Source of the DNA: a virus
Taxonomy: Duplodnaviria; Caudoviricetes
DNA: 59,414 nt
Virus record (IMG/VR): IMGVR_UViG_3300025009_000114
Coordinates: 1 to 59,414 of that record
Direction: 5' to 3' (one strand)
Shown here: piece after piece, positions 35,512-45,894 of the stretch
How positions within the stretch are numbered: the stretch's first letter is position 1
Layout of the letters: every line of letters starts with the position of its first letter
Program-made: the position numbers and the translations under genes
The notes under the pieces: model-generated
What the model was told of the DNA's origin: nothing
Database searches by the model: none
The model's input: only the letters and a program-made list of their open reading frames with translations

Positions 35512-38500
35512 CTATTTGTTCTCTCTCCTCTTAGCCTGTAAGAGACTCTTTGTTGTTATAGGTTCCTTCTTGTTTCTCCTAGCCCACTGATTGTATTCTC
35601 TTATCTCTTTAGAGTACTTAGAGATACTATCACCACTCTTAAAGCCATCTACTATTCTTTTCTTTAACTTCCTATTATCACTCTCTTCAGGTTTATCAGC
35701 GAACCAATTGTATGGTAACTTACCCCAAGGAAGATTCTGGACTGTCTTCCAATCAGGATCTCCTTTGAAGGTATTGTAGATATCTGACAGTGGATCATCT
35801 ACCAGTCCTGTAGGTGGTATTAAGATATCCTTAATCATAGTCTCAAAGAAACCTTTTTGAAATCCTTGATCTAAGGTGTACCTACTCATGAAAGCTATCT
35901 TAAGGAGGTTGTTATGTACATTATCAGAGAAGCTATTAGCACTCTTACCAAGCAAGAAGTCTTTTAACTCATCAGCACTAGCACCTGCTATTACCATCAT
36001 AGTTATTAACTTACCTGTTTGAATAGCTGCTGTTCTTCTTTCACCATTATCCTTAGCTGACTTCCACTTATAGACAGATTCTCTGTAGATATTATTAAGA
36101 GCTTTGATATTGTAACTCTTAAGTGCATACCATATCCTACCATTACCACCAGTAAGATACTTAGTTGGCATCTCCATTAGGCTAATAGGCTGCCAGTCTG
36201 ATAGTTCATTAAAGACAAAGAATCTAGATAACTCAGAGTTCTTACCTTCCTGAATATCCTTATAGGTTCTTTCAGTATCCTCTCCAAGTATGTACTCATA
36301 TTCCTTCTTGAAGTCTTTCAGCTTAAGTTCTTTAGCCCTCATAAGAGAAGCATTGATAGAGATGTTCTTAGCAAAAAGATCCATGTACTTTAAGCCTGAT
36401 AGGGTGAGAATATTATCTAACCACTTAGCTGTACCCTCTGTTTGAAACTCCTTCATAGAGTGCTCTAAGTCTAGATCTTCTGCTCTTATAATCCTATCAC
36501 CAAACATAGCCCTAATAGTGTTCTTAGGGCCACTTCTAAATACTGTGAATGCAAAGTCACCTATTTGCGTAATAGCACTAGTAGGACTACCAAGAGATGA
36601 CATAAGAGATATATTTCTAAGTGTAGCCCAAGCACCGTTCATTCCTTTCTGAGTTAGTCTGGCTCTAATTACATTCAAAGCTAGACGAGCATCTTTAGGA
36701 TTCATATTGGGTGCTTCTTTAACTAAGATAGCATCTAGTTTATCGAATGATTTCTCTTTATCTTTCAAGAAGGATTCGATAGATTCTATCTCAGATATTG
36801 CTAACTTCTTTGCATCATCTTTCAACTCTTTATTCTCTAACTTCTTGTACAAAGAATCTCTTTTCTTAACTAACTTATTCCTATTGGGGTTATCGGAGAA
36901 CATCCTATGAGCAGCTATAAGTTCATTGTTCTCATAGATATGATTCAATAGGGCTTCTGGTGTATCTTCATAGAAGTTCTTCCACTCTGAGGATACTACA
37001 AGGATCTTTCTCTTCTTACCTGAAGTCTCCTTAAGAAATGCAATAGCAGGAAACCTACCAGTATTGATAAGAGATTTTACTAAGTGTTCTTTATCTTCCT
37101 GAGATGCTTTATCTTCAAGCTCATCTAACTCTGCTTGGATCATATTGTACTCAGGATCTTCTTTCATCTTCTTAATAAGACCATCTAGATCCTTTACCCT
37201 ACGAGGGAAATAACCTTCTATTGCACCGTAGTCATTCAGACCTAATTGCTCTTTAGCCTGGAAGATATCTTTCAATAAAGACTCTACTTGGCTGTAAGAT
37301 CCTTCCATCTTGTACTTCTTTAAGATCTCATTTCTCTTAGTGATATACTCTGGTTCTGTGTTACTCAGAGTGAGCCACAAGAGGTTTCTGTCATCTAAGG
37401 ATAGCTTCTTATACTTATCCATGAAGTCTTGTATCTTAGCTCTAGCAGCTACGTTAGACTCTGCTATCTGCATCTCAAAGGTTCTCATGGGCTTGAGCAG
37501 TTTAGGGTCTATTCTCCTAAGAACTTCAGATGCAGACTTGACAGTGTCTCTAACTACATCCTTAACCATAGACATGACCTTACCACTAGTAGTCTCTGTC
37601 TTTCTCATCTCTTTGGCTCTGTCTTCCCAAGATTTAGTTGACTTTCTTTGCTGCTTTAGTTTAGTAGAGGTTGTAAGGGATGGGCTAACAGTACTATCAG
37701 TACTTACAGCACCTTCTTGCATCATAAGCTCTGTACTTAACCTAAGAGACTCATCAAGAGCAGTGTAAGAATCATTAGATAAACCAAGCACTTCTCGCAC
37801 TAAGTTAACAAACTTATCCCATACAGTTCTGATAGAACCTTTAGGCTTCTCTAGTCTCACACCAGTCAGTGCTTTCTGAAACTCATAGCTGCTGAAAGTC
37901 TGTGCTAAGAACTCCTTTTCATTCAGTAAGCCATAGTAAACTTCTGTTGAAAACCTAGTGAACTCCTTATCGAATTGCTCTCTACTCTGATTGATCCTAA
38001 TGGGGTCAAACTTGTACTTACTTTCAAGCAAAGAGAGTTCTTCAAGGGTTAGTACATCTTTTCTAACAGTATCTAATAGGTCTGTTACCTGCTTCTTGAT
38101 TGCAGGATTAGCTTCCATCTCTTCTACTGTCAGACCATGGGCTACTTCATGGATGATAGTTTCTTCTAGGCCCTTTGAGTCTTTTCGTGTAGAAAAGTAT
38201 TCTTTATCTAAGTATATCTTACCCTTAGAGTAATATGCCTTTAAGGATCCAGTAGGTGATGTCTTAATATTCCCTTTACTTTCAGATACATCCACTGCCT
38301 TTATATTAGGAAGTTTCTTCTTAGCAACTGAAAGGATATGGTCTATTAAGTTCTTAATATTACTATGAGCTTTAGCACCACCGAGATGCTTATCAGCAAA
38401 CTCAGATACTCGGAGGAGCTTATCTGCACTGTCAGCTCTCTTAAGGAACTCACGCTTATAGGCTACTGTTTGCTCTGGTGATACGGTGCTGTCAGGGTTG

Positions 38501-40620
38501 AGAGATGGAGAGGATTCTTTCTTACTCTTAAAGTCACTCATCTTCACTACAACACCAGGGCTACTGATGACCTTATTAGAGTTCACTAAGATGGTATCTC
38601 TACTGTCCTTACCGTCCTCTACAACTCTGTAGATAGTTTCTTTAACAGTGTCGTTCTTTCTAGCAATCCCCAATCTTGTTTCATTCTTCTTTAGCAACTC
38701 ATCGTATCTAGTTGAGTACCAATCTAGACTCTTATTTCCATCTATCTGCTCTTTAGAGGCTTGCTTAGATAGCTCTGATCTTATATCCTTCCAAGTAGAG
38801 AATGTAGGAGTATCGACTACACGGACCTTCTTTATAATACCAGTCCTAAGAGTTCCCTTATCATCTCTCCAACTTACCTTCTCACCTTCTACTTTACTGT
38901 TATCTCCAAGAGCAGGACTAATAGCTTCTGATTTCTTTATCTTCAAGATGTCTTGCTTTCCAGTCTGCTGAACTTTACTGAGTGTAGGACTAGCAGGTGT
39001 GCTTTGTACAACACTCAACTGCTGCTTCATATTTTGCAGTACGCTCTTAGCACCATTCAGCTTCTGAGTTGCTACATTTCTTTCCTTCAGGTTGGTAGTT
39101 TGTTTAACTACTTGCTGCAACTCATTGACTTCTTTCTGCTTCTGCATGATCTGAGTAGAGATCTTAGACACTTCTGACTCTTTACTATCAGGTGGAAAGT
39201 TCTTATCGATTTCTTTCTGAGCTTCTATCTTTCTCTTAACTTCCCTATCAGTGTTATACTGTGCATCAATTACAGGTTCAGCTACTGGTATGTCTCTTTG
39301 AAGAGTGGTTCCTTCTTGATTAGTTGTGAAAGATACATCCCTAAAGTCTTCTTCAGCACTAGGAGGAAAGGCTTCATCTATGGTCTTCTGTGCTTCTATC
39401 TTCCTTCTCACTTCAGTATCTGCAAGATACTGAGGGTCACCTTCTACAACACTCGTAGGAATATCTCTAGGAAGTGCTGTAATAGGTTCTTCTGGAGCTA
39501 CACTAGTTGTATCTACTTCTGGCACTTGAAGATTAATATCAGGTGCTTTAGCATCTTGAGAAGTATCAATACCAACACTCTGAAGAATCTCCTCTGGTCT
39601 TTCTGTCAGAACTTTCTTCTGTTCTTCCCTGACAGCCTGAAGAGTGTCTTGCCAATTAGTACTTGGGGTGTCTTCTTTTACTGCTTGTTCTTTCTGCCCA
39701 TAGATCTTCTCATAGGCTCTAGAAGAACCACCAAATATACCACCTAACAGAGCACCAGCAGCACCAGACTCTAAGAGCCTATTAGCACCTTCTTCCGTAG
39801 AGAGAAGATCACCTATAGTAATCTCAGGATCTATACCAGCTTCATGTGCAATGGTAGTTAACTCCTGTCCTACTTCCTGACTAGCCTCTTTAAAAGAAGT
39901 AGCAAAGATACTCTTACCTGTTGGTAGCTTACCAGCAAGCATTCTATCTACAGGAGACAGCAATGTGAGTGCAGCACCTACAGCACCAGTAGCGAAAGCA
40001 GCAGCAGGGTTAGCCTCATCACCACCTCTCTTCTCGTAGTCGTAGAGGTAAGACTGACCGGCCATTTGACCACCCTCAAAGCCAGCTACACCAAGCATAG
40101 CTCCGGTGTCACCAGCAGTCTTCTTGATGGCTGCTTTGTATAACTGATCTTTAGTGAAACCTTCTCCAGCTTCCTGGGTGAGTTCTTTCAGGTTCTTGGT
40201 GAATGCTTTATGGGCAAAGTGCTCTACAGTCTTAGAGACTACTGGACTTCCCGATAGGGCTTTAAGTCCAAACCTAGTTGCAATGCCAGAACCTCCACCA
40301 CCTATCATTGATGGGAGGAAGTCTACAGCAGTCTGTGCTACCCACTGACCAGCCTCTATTGGGTCTGATATCTCAGTGAACTTTACGTTTACTAACTCTT
40401 TGTCTGCTGCTTCCTGAAAGAGCTCTTTAGCCCTATTAGCTGTCCAATCCCTAGCCTTCTCTAATCCTACAGTATCTGCTGCTGCACTAGCAAGTCCCCA
40501 AAGAGAACCAAATGTTTCTTGGAGTCCAGCTTCAAATCTATCGGCTGGTCTAAATTCCCATTCAGACTCTTCTGATTGCACTTGAGGTGCGTTATCTAAG
40601 AAACCCCAATCGAATGCCAT
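35512..40620 (-). CDS. Large internal virion (DNA ejection) protein with HExxH metallopeptidase-like domain
   Basis: 1702 aa; G/A-rich hydrophobic N-region; IIHEVAHGL...EFLAQ. Confidence 0.7.
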   Translation of the reverse strand: MAFDWGFLDNAPQVQSEESEWEFRPADRFEAGLQETFGSLWGLASAAADTVGLEKARDWTANRAKELFQEAADKELVNVKFTEISDPIEAGQWVAQTAVDFLPSMIGGGGSGIATRFGLKALSGSPVVSKTVEHFAHKAFTKNLKELTQEAGEGFTKDQLYKAAIKKTAGDTGAMLGVAGFEGGQMAGQSYLYDYEKRGGDEANPAAAFATGAVGAALTLLSPVDRMLAGKLPTGKSIFATSFKEASQEVGQELTTIAHEAGIDPEITIGDLLSTEEGANRLLESGAAGALLGGIFGGSSRAYEKIYGQKEQAVKEDTPSTNWQDTLQAVREEQKKVLTERPEEILQSVGIDTSQDAKAPDINLQVPEVDTTSVAPEEPITALPRDIPTSVVEGDPQYLADTEVRRKIEAQKTIDEAFPPSAEEDFRDVSFTTNQEGTTLQRDIPVAEPVIDAQYNTDREVKRKIEAQKEIDKNFPPDSKESEVSKISTQIMQKQKEVNELQQVVKQTTNLKERNVATQKLNGAKSVLQNMKQQLSVVQSTPASPTLSKVQQTGKQDILKIKKSEAISPALGDNSKVEGEKVSWRDDKGTLRTGIIKKVRVVDTPTFSTWKDIRSELSKQASKEQIDGNKSLDWYSTRYDELLKKNETRLGIARKNDTVKETIYRVVEDGKDSRDTILVNSNKVISSPGVVVKMSDFKSKKESSPSLNPDSTVSPEQTVAYKREFLKRADSADKLLRVSEFADKHLGGAKAHSNIKNLIDHILSVAKKKLPNIKAVDVSESKGNIKTSPTGSLKAYYSKGKIYLDKEYFSTRKDSKGLEETIIHEVAHGLTVEEMEANPAIKKQVTDLLDTVRKDVLTLEELSLLESKYKFDPIRINQSREQFDKEFTRFSTEVYYGLLNEKEFLAQTFSSYEFQKALTGVRLEKPKGSIRTVWDKFVNLVREVLGLSNDSYTALDESLRLSTELMMQEGAVSTDSTVSPSLTTSTKLKQQRKSTKSWEDRAKEMRKTETTSGKVMSMVKDVVRDTVKSASEVLRRIDPKLLKPMRTFEMQIAESNVAARAKIQDFMDKYKKLSLDDRNLLWLTLSNTEPEYITKRNEILKKYKMEGSYSQVESLLKDIFQAKEQLGLNDYGAIEGYFPRRVKDLDGLIKKMKEDPEYNMIQAELDELEDKASQEDKEHLVKSLINTGRFPAIAFLKETSGKKRKILVVSSEWKNFYEDTPEALLNHIYENNELIAAHRMFSDNPNRNKLVKKRDSLYKKLENKELKDDAKKLAISEIESIESFLKDKEKSFDKLDAILVKEAPNMNPKDARLALNVIRARLTQKGMNGAWATLRNISLMSSLGSPTSAITQIGDFAFTVFRSGPKNTIRAMFGDRIIRAEDLDLEHSMKEFQTEGTAKWLDNILTLSGLKYMDLFAKNISINASLMRAKELKLKDFKKEYEYILGEDTERTYKDIQEGKNSELSRFFVFNELSDWQPISLMEMPTKYLTGGNGRIWYALKSYNIKALNNIYRESVYKWKSAKDNGERRTAAIQTGKLITMMVIAGASADELKDFLLGKSANSFSDNVHNNLLKIAFMSRYTLDQGFQKGFFETMIKDILIPPTGLVDDPLSDIYNTFKGDPDWKTVQNLPWGKLPYNWFADKPEESDNRKLKKRIVDGFKSGDSISKYSKEIREYNQWARRNKKEPITTKSLLQAKRRENK

Positions 40621-40626
40621 TTATTA

Positions 40627-41730
40627 TCACCTACTTTTAATTAGTTCTGCCAGTTTATCATTATAAAATCTATTTGTCATTCCTGGGTATTTCTGACGAA
40701 GTTTAGACAATTCAGATTGTTCATCTATAGTATCTCTCTGAGAAAAACTTACAGCCTTTTGTAACATACCAGGTTCGTTTTTTGCTTTCGGTGATTTCAG
40801 TAGATCATTATAGACAGACTCGTAAGGAGTACCTTTAGTTTTCTCTCTTATCTCACCTAAAGATAGCTCACCAGACTTGTAGGCATTTTGGATATTGATA
40901 GACTGTTGTGGATCAAATACAATCTGCTTTCCCTCTTGCTTCGGTTGTTGTTGTTGACCCTTGCCAGTTGATTGCATGATCTTCTCTAAGTTCATCCTTC
41001 CCATTACACCAGCAGCCTCAACATCTGTAAAAGACTGTCCAAACTCTTTCTTAAGTGTCTTCTTGAAGTCTGTTTGCTGATCTTCACTTAGATTCTCATA
41101 GTATTGCTTTTGTCCACTTTCAATAGCTAGTCTGGCTTGCTCGACTGGAAACTCTCTTTGATTTGCCTTAACAGATTCTATATAGATCTTTGCCATTTCA
41201 GGCTGCACAATGCTCATCTCTATCAGCTTCTTCTCTTCTGGAGACGCACCATTAAACATTTCAGTTGATCTTATTTCTTCTAACTTCTCTGCTCTCTTCT
41301 TCTTATCTAAATCAAAAGTTGCATTAGCAATAGCCACTGCTTGGTTCACAGCAGCTCCTTGCTTTATACCAGCTTCTGCTTGCCACATTTTAGTCTTACC
41401 AGCAATTGCTTCATCAGAATACTCATCTCTGGCTCTTTGTCTGGCAAGATCATCAGCATATTTAATATCAGCATTACGGTCTTCTTTCTCTATACCGTAT
41501 CTTTCAATCTGAAACTCATTCTGCTGTCCTTGCCTCTTAGTTGCTAGATCATCAGCATACTGAGTGTTTGCTCTTTGATTCTGCATTCGAAGAGACTCAA
41601 GAGACTTTTCTCTTTCATATCTGATAGACGCTTGTTTCTCCTGCCAGTCCATCTTAGATTTTTCATTCAGTAGTTGGCTGTAATCTTGAAGACCACTGCC
41701 AAGTCCTGCCATAGCCCCTAGCATACCCAT
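40627..41730 (-). CDS. Putative internal virion / ejection protein
   Basis: MGMLGAMAGLGSGL, Q/K-rich helices; synteny. Confidence 0.6.
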   Translation of the reverse strand: MGMLGAMAGLGSGLQDYSQLLNEKSKMDWQEKQASIRYEREKSLESLRMQNQRANTQYADDLATKRQGQQNEFQIERYGIEKEDRNADIKYADDLARQRARDEYSDEAIAGKTKMWQAEAGIKQGAAVNQAVAIANATFDLDKKKRAEKLEEIRSTEMFNGASPEEKKLIEMSIVQPEMAKIYIESVKANQREFPVEQARLAIESGQKQYYENLSEDQQTDFKKTLKKEFGQSFTDVEAAGVMGRMNLEKIMQSTGKGQQQQPKQEGKQIVFDPQQSINIQNAYKSGELSLGEIREKTKGTPYESVYNDLLKSPKAKNEPGMLQKAVSFSQRDTIDEQSELSKLRQKYPGMTNRFYNDKLAELIKSR

Positions 41731-41733
41731 AAT

Positions 41734-42336
41734 TTAGCGCCCTCCTCTTGGCATCCCCTGCTGTTGTTTCTGCATTCGCTGCCTAGCATAGGCTTCCATT
41801 GCTGTTAGTTGTCCAGGAGCTTCTGGTAGTCCAGAACGTTTAGTTGCCTCTATCCCTAATGACTTATGTTCCTCTGTCATTAGGGGCTCTACTTTCTTCT
41901 GAAGTTCAATAGGATCTAATGACCCATCTTTCAAACCCTTCTCAATGTACATCTGCATGGTGTTCTTCAGAATAGGAGCTACTTGTTCTTCAGACTCTAT
42001 TTGGAAAGTACCTACAGCATTCCCCATCTCAATTAGATCACCTACAAGAAATTGACTAGCAGCTACAAGAACCTCAAGGGATGGTTTCTTTCCCTTTCCT
42101 TTCACTGCTTGTTCCATCTGATCGTTAATCATAAGAGCTACTTGTGGGATTAGCTTCTCAGGATCTCCTCCAGACTTAAGCATAGAGATAACTTGGGGTT
42201 GTGTCTTCTGCCCATGAAGAATCTTACTAAGACCCATGACATATGATTGAACTTCTTGTTCAGTTTGAGGGTCTACGGTAGATTCTTGTCCTGTTTGTTG
42301 TTCTTCCATTGTACTATTAGGATTGACTGTCTTCAT
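41734..42336 (-). CDS. Hypothetical virion-associated protein
   Basis: Synteny in ejection module. Confidence 0.6.
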   Translation of the reverse strand: MKTVNPNSTMEEQQTGQESTVDPQTEQEVQSYVMGLSKILHGQKTQPQVISMLKSGGDPEKLIPQVALMINDQMEQAVKGKGKKPSLEVLVAASQFLVGDLIEMGNAVGTFQIESEEQVAPILKNTMQMYIEKGLKDGSLDPIELQKKVEPLMTEEHKSLGIEATKRSGLPEAPGQLTAMEAYARQRMQKQQQGMPRGGR

Positions 42337-43165
42337 ACTTTCCTTTACCTACCATCAAAGAGTTAAGAATATCTTGCATCTTCGCAGATCTTTCATTATA
42401 CTTGCTGTGTATATCATCCCACTTCTCCTTATGCTGCTGCTTCAACCCTGCAAGAGCACCCTCAGCCTGAGAGATCTGTGCATCATAACCTGCAAGCTCC
42501 CCTTTAACTGCACCTAATTGGTTAGCAGCAGAACTAAGTTGACCACTAGCTATTCCTAGCTCTGCTGCTATTTGCGTTTGTGCCTTGTTTCTATATTCAG
42601 ATTCGAGAGTAGCAGACGAAGACCTAAGGGGTTCATGAACTTCAGCGTTCCTGTAGTTCTTTGCCATTACGTTTAGAACTGTATTATCGTTCTCCCAAGA
42701 AGCAAAAAGACCTCTTTGACCTACTAACGTATTAGCAGCGTCTTTCGGGAGATAGTAGGTAGCCTCAATAGTGTCATTCGGTCCTATAACTCTAATAGGT
42801 GTTAAAGTGCTTTTGAAACTTCCCCATGCCTTATCAACAGCAGTGTTAAGTTGTGGAAGTTTAGTACCTGCAAGTTGTGACTCCCTAGACCCTAACTCCC
42901 CATAAGCTGAGTTTAACTTACCCCTAGCATCAGCAACTCTAGATTCTTGTTCTGCTACTTTAGATCTCCAATCAGCCTCTTCTTTTCTAATCTGATCTGC
43001 TGCTGGTCTTGTAGTTGAAATACCAAGATCTTCGTAGTAGTTAATAAAAGATCCTCTACCTATGTGTTGCTCTCTTTGAGGATTATTAGCCGTACGAAGA
43101 GCACCTTGTCCGGTATCTACAGTTTCTCTTTGCGATCTTAAACCTGAGTTTCTAATATCCACCAT
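42317..43165 (-). CDS. Coiled-coil virion protein
   Basis: Long heptad segments. Confidence 0.6.
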   Translation of the reverse strand: MVDIRNSGLRSQRETVDTGQGALRTANNPQREQHIGRGSFINYYEDLGISTTRPAADQIRKEEADWRSKVAEQESRVADARGKLNSAYGELGSRESQLAGTKLPQLNTAVDKAWGSFKSTLTPIRVIGPNDTIEATYYLPKDAANTLVGQRGLFASWENDNTVLNVMAKNYRNAEVHEPLRSSSATLESEYRNKAQTQIAAELGIASGQLSSAANQLGAVKGELAGYDAQISQAEGALAGLKQQHKEKWDDIHSKYNERSAKMQDILNSLMVGKGKYEDSQS

Positions 43166-44025
43166 TAGACTACCGCCTGCTGTTGAAGCTGCTGGTCTAT
43201 AGTCGGATAGAGTGCTTTCTCCTGTTGAGTAACTTGTTGGTCAATACTAGGAGGAGCACCCTTAAGAGTTCCTTTTCTAGCAGCTACAGCATTCTCAATA
43301 GCAGATGCTTGTCTTTGTCTCATCTGCTCTGTAAGCTGGTTGTTCACATTATACTGTCTGGTCTGCTCGTCTAGTTGCTCTCTCCCAAGTTTGTATTGGA
43401 GTGCTGAATTAGACTTAGAAGTTTCTGATTGCAATGCAGCAATAGACATCTGAGTTCCATTGTTCATGGAGTTTAATCTTTCTTGAAGTTCCCTATTAGC
43501 TTGCTGCTGTCTCTCAGCAGCTTCTAGCTCTTTGTTCTTCATATCTTCTAAGGCTGATCCTTCCATTCCCTTACCAGCCATATTAACAAGTGCTGGACCC
43601 ATACCTGAGAGAAGGCCAGAAGTAGAATCTTTAAGAACACCACCAATAGACGATAATGCACCTCCACCGCCACTAGCACCTGCCCCTCCAGTTACACCAG
43701 CAGATCCACCGGCACCTGCTTGAATAGTTCCTTGAGCCGCATTCTCAGAAGCTGATACGGAAGTGGCGAGACCAGAACTAGCACCTGCACCACTAATCCA
43801 ACCCCCAATACCACCCATTACAGCTCCGCCAACAGCACCAAATAGTATTCCTTTACCTATCGAACCACCAGTAATAGCTGCTGTGAGACCACCAATAGCT
43901 GCACCTACAATAGCACCACCAACCATCCCAGCAGCTATTGCACCTAATGTAGTTGCCGTAACTGCGGCTGCTGTAGTTCCACCAATAGCAGCTATAACAG
44001 CAGCCCCTATACCTACTACCGCCAT
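43165..44025 (-). CDS. Gly/Ala-rich membrane-inserting ejection (pilot) protein
   Basis: Glycine-zipper N-terminus, Q-rich C-terminus. Confidence 0.65.
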   Translation of the reverse strand: MAVVGIGAAVIAAIGGTTAAAVTATTLGAIAAGMVGGAIVGAAIGGLTAAITGGSIGKGILFGAVGGAVMGGIGGWISGAGASSGLATSVSASENAAQGTIQAGAGGSAGVTGGAGASGGGGALSSIGGVLKDSTSGLLSGMGPALVNMAGKGMEGSALEDMKNKELEAAERQQQANRELQERLNSMNNGTQMSIAALQSETSKSNSALQYKLGREQLDEQTRQYNVNNQLTEQMRQRQASAIENAVAARKGTLKGAPPSIDQQVTQQEKALYPTIDQQLQQQAVV

Positions 44026-44438
44026 ATAACATCCTCCTCAGTTACCGCATAAAGAAGTTCTCTTGTAGCTGGCAACTCACATAGTTTTTTAGCACCTATA
44101 GACTTCAGAAAGAATCTTAGATCTAATCTCTTCTTATCTATAAAAGCCAAGAAGACTACCATAGGTGTGTTCTCTTTCATCCAGAACCCCGAACTAATAA
44201 AGAAATCTTTCATATCTGTATCCCTAGTAGTCCCGAATGTATGTATCTGACACCTGTCAGCACCTATAGGTTCGAATAGGATAGCATGATTATTGTACAA
44301 AAACCATTTATGACCTAGCGGGTTTCTATCTACAAGATCATTACGTATCTTCATATACAATGAGTCGCTTTCGCCATACATTGTAGTGGCTAGTTCATAT
44401 AGCTTTGAAAGATCTAATATAGTGCAAGGCTTATTCAT
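44016..44438 (-). CDS. GNAT-like virion assembly protein (tentative)
   Basis: Size and position typical of podovirus acetyltransferase-like genes; FLKSIGAK. Confidence 0.45.
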   Translation of the reverse strand: MNKPCTILDLSKLYELATTMYGESDSLYMKIRNDLVDRNPLGHKWFLYNNHAILFEPIGADRCQIHTFGTTRDTDMKDFFISSGFWMKENTPMVVFLAFIDKKRLDLRFFLKSIGAKKLCELPATRELLYAVTEEDVIWR

Positions 44439-45370
44439 TATTTAGTAATCGTTATAGGCTCTAAGTAAGTGTCTACAAAGTCAGAAAGATCTACACCAGA
44501 AGATGCACCAATAAAGTTAATACTATTGGATGCAAGTGTTTGTAATTGAGAGATCGTATTCTGCAATGCAGTTTCACCTAAGTTAAGAAAATCAGGGTCA
44601 GTCATAAGATTCTCTACAGAGATCTGATAGTTCTGCATAATACTAGATGCTTGTGTTCTTATACTCGCAGCCTTTTCAGCACTGATACTTTGATTCTGTA
44701 GGATGGCTTGATGCTGCCTATCTAAGTCCGATTCAAATGTAGTGTGCTGCTGCTGAAGATCTTGTAGCCACGTCTTAGACTGGTCAGAAGCTCCTTGCAT
44801 TTTAGAAGTAAATGCATTCTGAATATCCTGTTGTTTCTGCTTGATAGCAGCGTTCTGTTCTGCTAATCCTCCAGATACAATTGCCTCCACTTGTACATTC
44901 TGTGCATTATATTCTGCATCTTGCTTTGACTTAGCAAACTGATTGTACATCTGAGCATCCTGTTGGGCTATTGGTAATGCACCTTCTATAGCTGCTCTTC
45001 TTCCAAACTCAACTGCTAGCCCACTATTGATCAAACCCCTAGATCCTGCTTTCTCTACAGCCTTTTGTTCTTGCTGTTTTAAGTATGGGCTGTCAGACGC
45101 TAGCAGACTCTGTAATTGTCCTGCTACCGTCTGCTTTGCTGTGTCTATGTACGATCCAGAATCCTTGAAGGATATATTATTACTAAGAGCACTACCGACC
45201 TTATTAGCATCATAATCTTGGAAATCAGTAGCCCCTCTCTCAGCTTCAGTCTTAGAGATGTCACTATATGCAACTCCTTGAGCTTTAGCTACATCTTGAG
45301 CAGACTGAGATATTGTGTTTGGAGTTGTAGTAGTAACAGCCCCTATATTGTCTAAAGCTCCGTTTGCCAT
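44438..45370 (-). CDS. Putative ejection protein
   Basis: SPYLKQ...RGLINSGLA...ALPIAQQDA. Confidence 0.6.
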   Translation of the reverse strand: MANGALDNIGAVTTTTPNTISQSAQDVAKAQGVAYSDISKTEAERGATDFQDYDANKVGSALSNNISFKDSGSYIDTAKQTVAGQLQSLLASDSPYLKQQEQKAVEKAGSRGLINSGLAVEFGRRAAIEGALPIAQQDAQMYNQFAKSKQDAEYNAQNVQVEAIVSGGLAEQNAAIKQKQQDIQNAFTSKMQGASDQSKTWLQDLQQQHTTFESDLDRQHQAILQNQSISAEKAASIRTQASSIMQNYQISVENLMTDPDFLNLGETALQNTISQLQTLASNSINFIGASSGVDLSDFVDTYLEPITITK

Positions 45371-45894
45371 TATTCCCCCGCTAAGAATGCTTCTTTAAGA
45401 GCTTCTTTCTTTAACTCTCCAGCCTTCCAGTTGTCTTTCTTGAATTGTAAGTATGCTAATGCCAACCCTTGGATACCTGTTTTATTAAGGGTGACTTTCT
45501 TATTCTTAACACCATCAGTATCCTTCTCCGCTGTCTTCCACTCCTCTGTAAAGTTTGATGGAAGTAAAGGAAGTACAGAGAAGATACCCTGAATAAACTC
45601 AGTGTCTGGATAGTATAGGTTTCCATTAAAGCTAAATGGTTGTTTATCAGCCTCTTCAACCTCACTATCGATTGCTTTTAGATTTTCTTCGAGATTTACT
45701 ACGTTACTAGTATCCCCTGTTAAAACTAAAGATGGGGTTTGATTGTTCCAACTGATAGAGTAAGTAAAAGACTCATTGAAGCTATTTAGATTACTTTCAA
45801 AAAAAACTTCATCCGGTCTTTGTAGCCACCTTCTACTTGAGATAAAAGACGGTACAGTGTCTCCTATGTTTTTATACCAAACTTTTATTATCAT
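45370..45894 (-). CDS. Tail fibre assembly-like protein
   Basis: Follows tail fibre; WKTA..N.KV.L pattern. Confidence 0.5.
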   Translation of the reverse strand: MIIKVWYKNIGDTVPSFISSRRWLQRPDEVFFESNLNSFNESFTYSISWNNQTPSLVLTGDTSNVVNLEENLKAIDSEVEEADKQPFSFNGNLYYPDTEFIQGIFSVLPLLPSNFTEEWKTAEKDTDGVKNKKVTLNKTGIQGLALAYLQFKKDNWKAGELKKEALKEAFLAGE

